From NCBI RefSeq assembly GCF_033153115.1, contig NW_026889764.1, positions 4,092,001 to 4,156,000 of the forward strand: a stretch of DNA of 64,000 nt, given 5' to 3'. This document shows, piece after piece, positions 62,425 to 64,000 of the stretch (its first letter is position 1; every line of letters begins with the position of its first letter). A program made the position numbers and the translations under genes. A model generated the notes under the pieces. The model made no database searches. It worked only from the letters and a program-made list of their open reading frames with translations, and was not told the origin of the DNA. This DNA comes from Saccostrea echinata (taxonomy: Eukaryota).

Positions 62425-62890
62425 CACCATGACTGTACCGGTGTCTGATTGACAACATCCACGAATGTACCTGTCCAGTACACACACTCCATGACTGTAC
62501 CAGTGCTTATAAACAACATCCCTGACTGTACCTGTGCCTTATAAACAACATCCCTGACTGTACCTGTCCAGTACACACACTTTATTCTACATCCATGACT
62601 GTACCAGTGCTTATAAACAACATCCATGACTGTACCTGTACCTTATAAACAGCATCCCTGACTGTACCTGTGCCTTATAAACAACATCCATGACTGTACC
62701 TTTGCCTTATAAACAACATCCATGACTGTATCTGTGCCTTATAAACAACATCCCTGACTGTACATGTGTCTTATAAACAGCATCCATGACTGTACCTGTG
62801 CCTTATAAACAACATCCATGACTGTACTTGTCCAGTACACACACTTTATTCTACATCCATGACTGCATCTTGCTTTATTAACAACATCCA
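62425..62890. repeat. 32-bp minisatellite
   Basis: Unit TTATAAACAACATCCATGACTGTACCTGTGCC (e.g. at 62643 and 62675); decayed copies also at ~61020-61040 and ~61350-61455. Confidence 0.9.
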
Positions 62891-63777
62891 AGAAAAGTTA
62901 TTCAAGGCTCTACTTAAAGTTTGTTCTTTTTCGTTTGTGACCCGAACCCCCACCCCGTCAAAAAAATTGAATCATATGCCTGCAAGAAGGCGTGGGATTT
63001 AGACTTTCGTTTTTAAGAGGAAATACTCCTTCTTTCGATAAACTCCATTCTCGCCTTCACAACTTCTGCCAAGTTTTATTATTATTGTAGAAGAGTTTAT
63101 AAGTAATGGATTAATTATTTTAAAACCAGTGTCAAAAAGTTAACTGCTCATTTAAAACTCTTCTCATAAAGAGGGGGAAGGGTTAGACAATTTTATAAAT
63201 TGAAATCGGGCTTTAAACATAACGAGTGAACAAGATTTTCAAATACTCATGGAAATGGATAAATAACCATCAAATCTCTCCGTATGTTTAACTTATGTAA
63301 AAGTCAACTGACATATTAGATTCATTGGGAATAAAATGACTATTTTTGCTGCTTTTAGTCTGTAAACATATGTTCTACACCCTCACCCACCCCACACCCT
63401 CACCCCCACCCCCAAATAACTCACTCCCCTGAAATAAAAAACAATTGGTATAAATTTGAAGTTGTGAAATAACAATTCATAATACTTGAAAAAGGAATTG
63501 TTGTTTCAGTGAGGGGGGGGGGGGGATAAAAATATTTTCCGTTGATTTCTAAAGAGATGAGATGAAGTTTTACCAAAATTATAAACTTACCTCTCTTTGT
63601 TTTCCCAAATAAGTTAATATGTTTTCTGATAAAATTCACATAAATATTCGGTATGTAAATATGAAAAAATCATTCCAATATGTTAACTTTCTAAATTAAC
63701 TCTGCGATAGGTGGCAGAATTTTACTATCATTCTTGCTATCATATAGTTTATTCAAGCATGCGTATTAAAGTTATTG

Positions 63778-64000
63778 AGACAAGCCTTCTGCATTAGCAA
63801 TACTAGTCCCCTACCGGAAAGTGTAATCTGGTTCCCATTAAAAATTGAAAATGCTGTAATTCTGTCAAAAATCATTGAAGCGGAACATAATGCAAACTTG
63901 ATCTATAACTCATCAAGATACACTGACATACCAAATATCAACACTCAATATCTGCAAACGTTTTAAAAAAAGTGTGGAAAACCCTTAAAAATTAAAAAGG
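63778..64000 (-). mobile_element. Helentron/HINE-like element, family B (runs off the window end)
   Basis: gcattagcaatactagtcccctaccgg...gtaatctggttcccatt matches 24300-24352. Confidence 0.75.

Overview
AT-rich, intron-containing animal genomic DNA. It is most likely a bivalve (oyster-like) genome, inferred from the gene families and the Helentron/HINE, Penelope-like and SINE repeats. There is one assembly gap (31614-31800). I reconstructed five protein-coding genes by hand from GT-AG boundaries and reading-frame phase. (1) An uninterrupted minus-strand ORF from 1540 that runs off the window start and is absent from the ORF track; it encodes a hillarin-type LIM protein. (2) TEX264, a 4-exon ER-phagy receptor gene on the minus strand with an intact C-terminal LIR (SSFEEI). 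(3) A second uninterrupted hillarin-type LIM gene (28770-30158, minus), paralogous to (1). (4) A ~1015-aa, 10-11-exon plus-strand gene fusing an intact dynamin-like GTPase (G1-G4) to a DSTYK-like kinase. (5) A ~793-aa, 8-exon minus-strand NB-ARC (STAND)-TPR NLR-like gene with no visible N-terminal effector domain, convergent with (4). The best candidate for an undescribed system is the (4)+(5) pair, a possible sensor NLR plus dynamin-kinase module; this rests on adjacency and domain logic only. The rest of the window is dense with non-autonomous Helentron-like elements carrying internal tandem arrays, MITEs with recognisable target-site duplications (IS3EU-, Harbinger- and hAT-like), a Tc1 relic, Penelope-like RT relics, tRNA-derived SINEs and two minisatellites.
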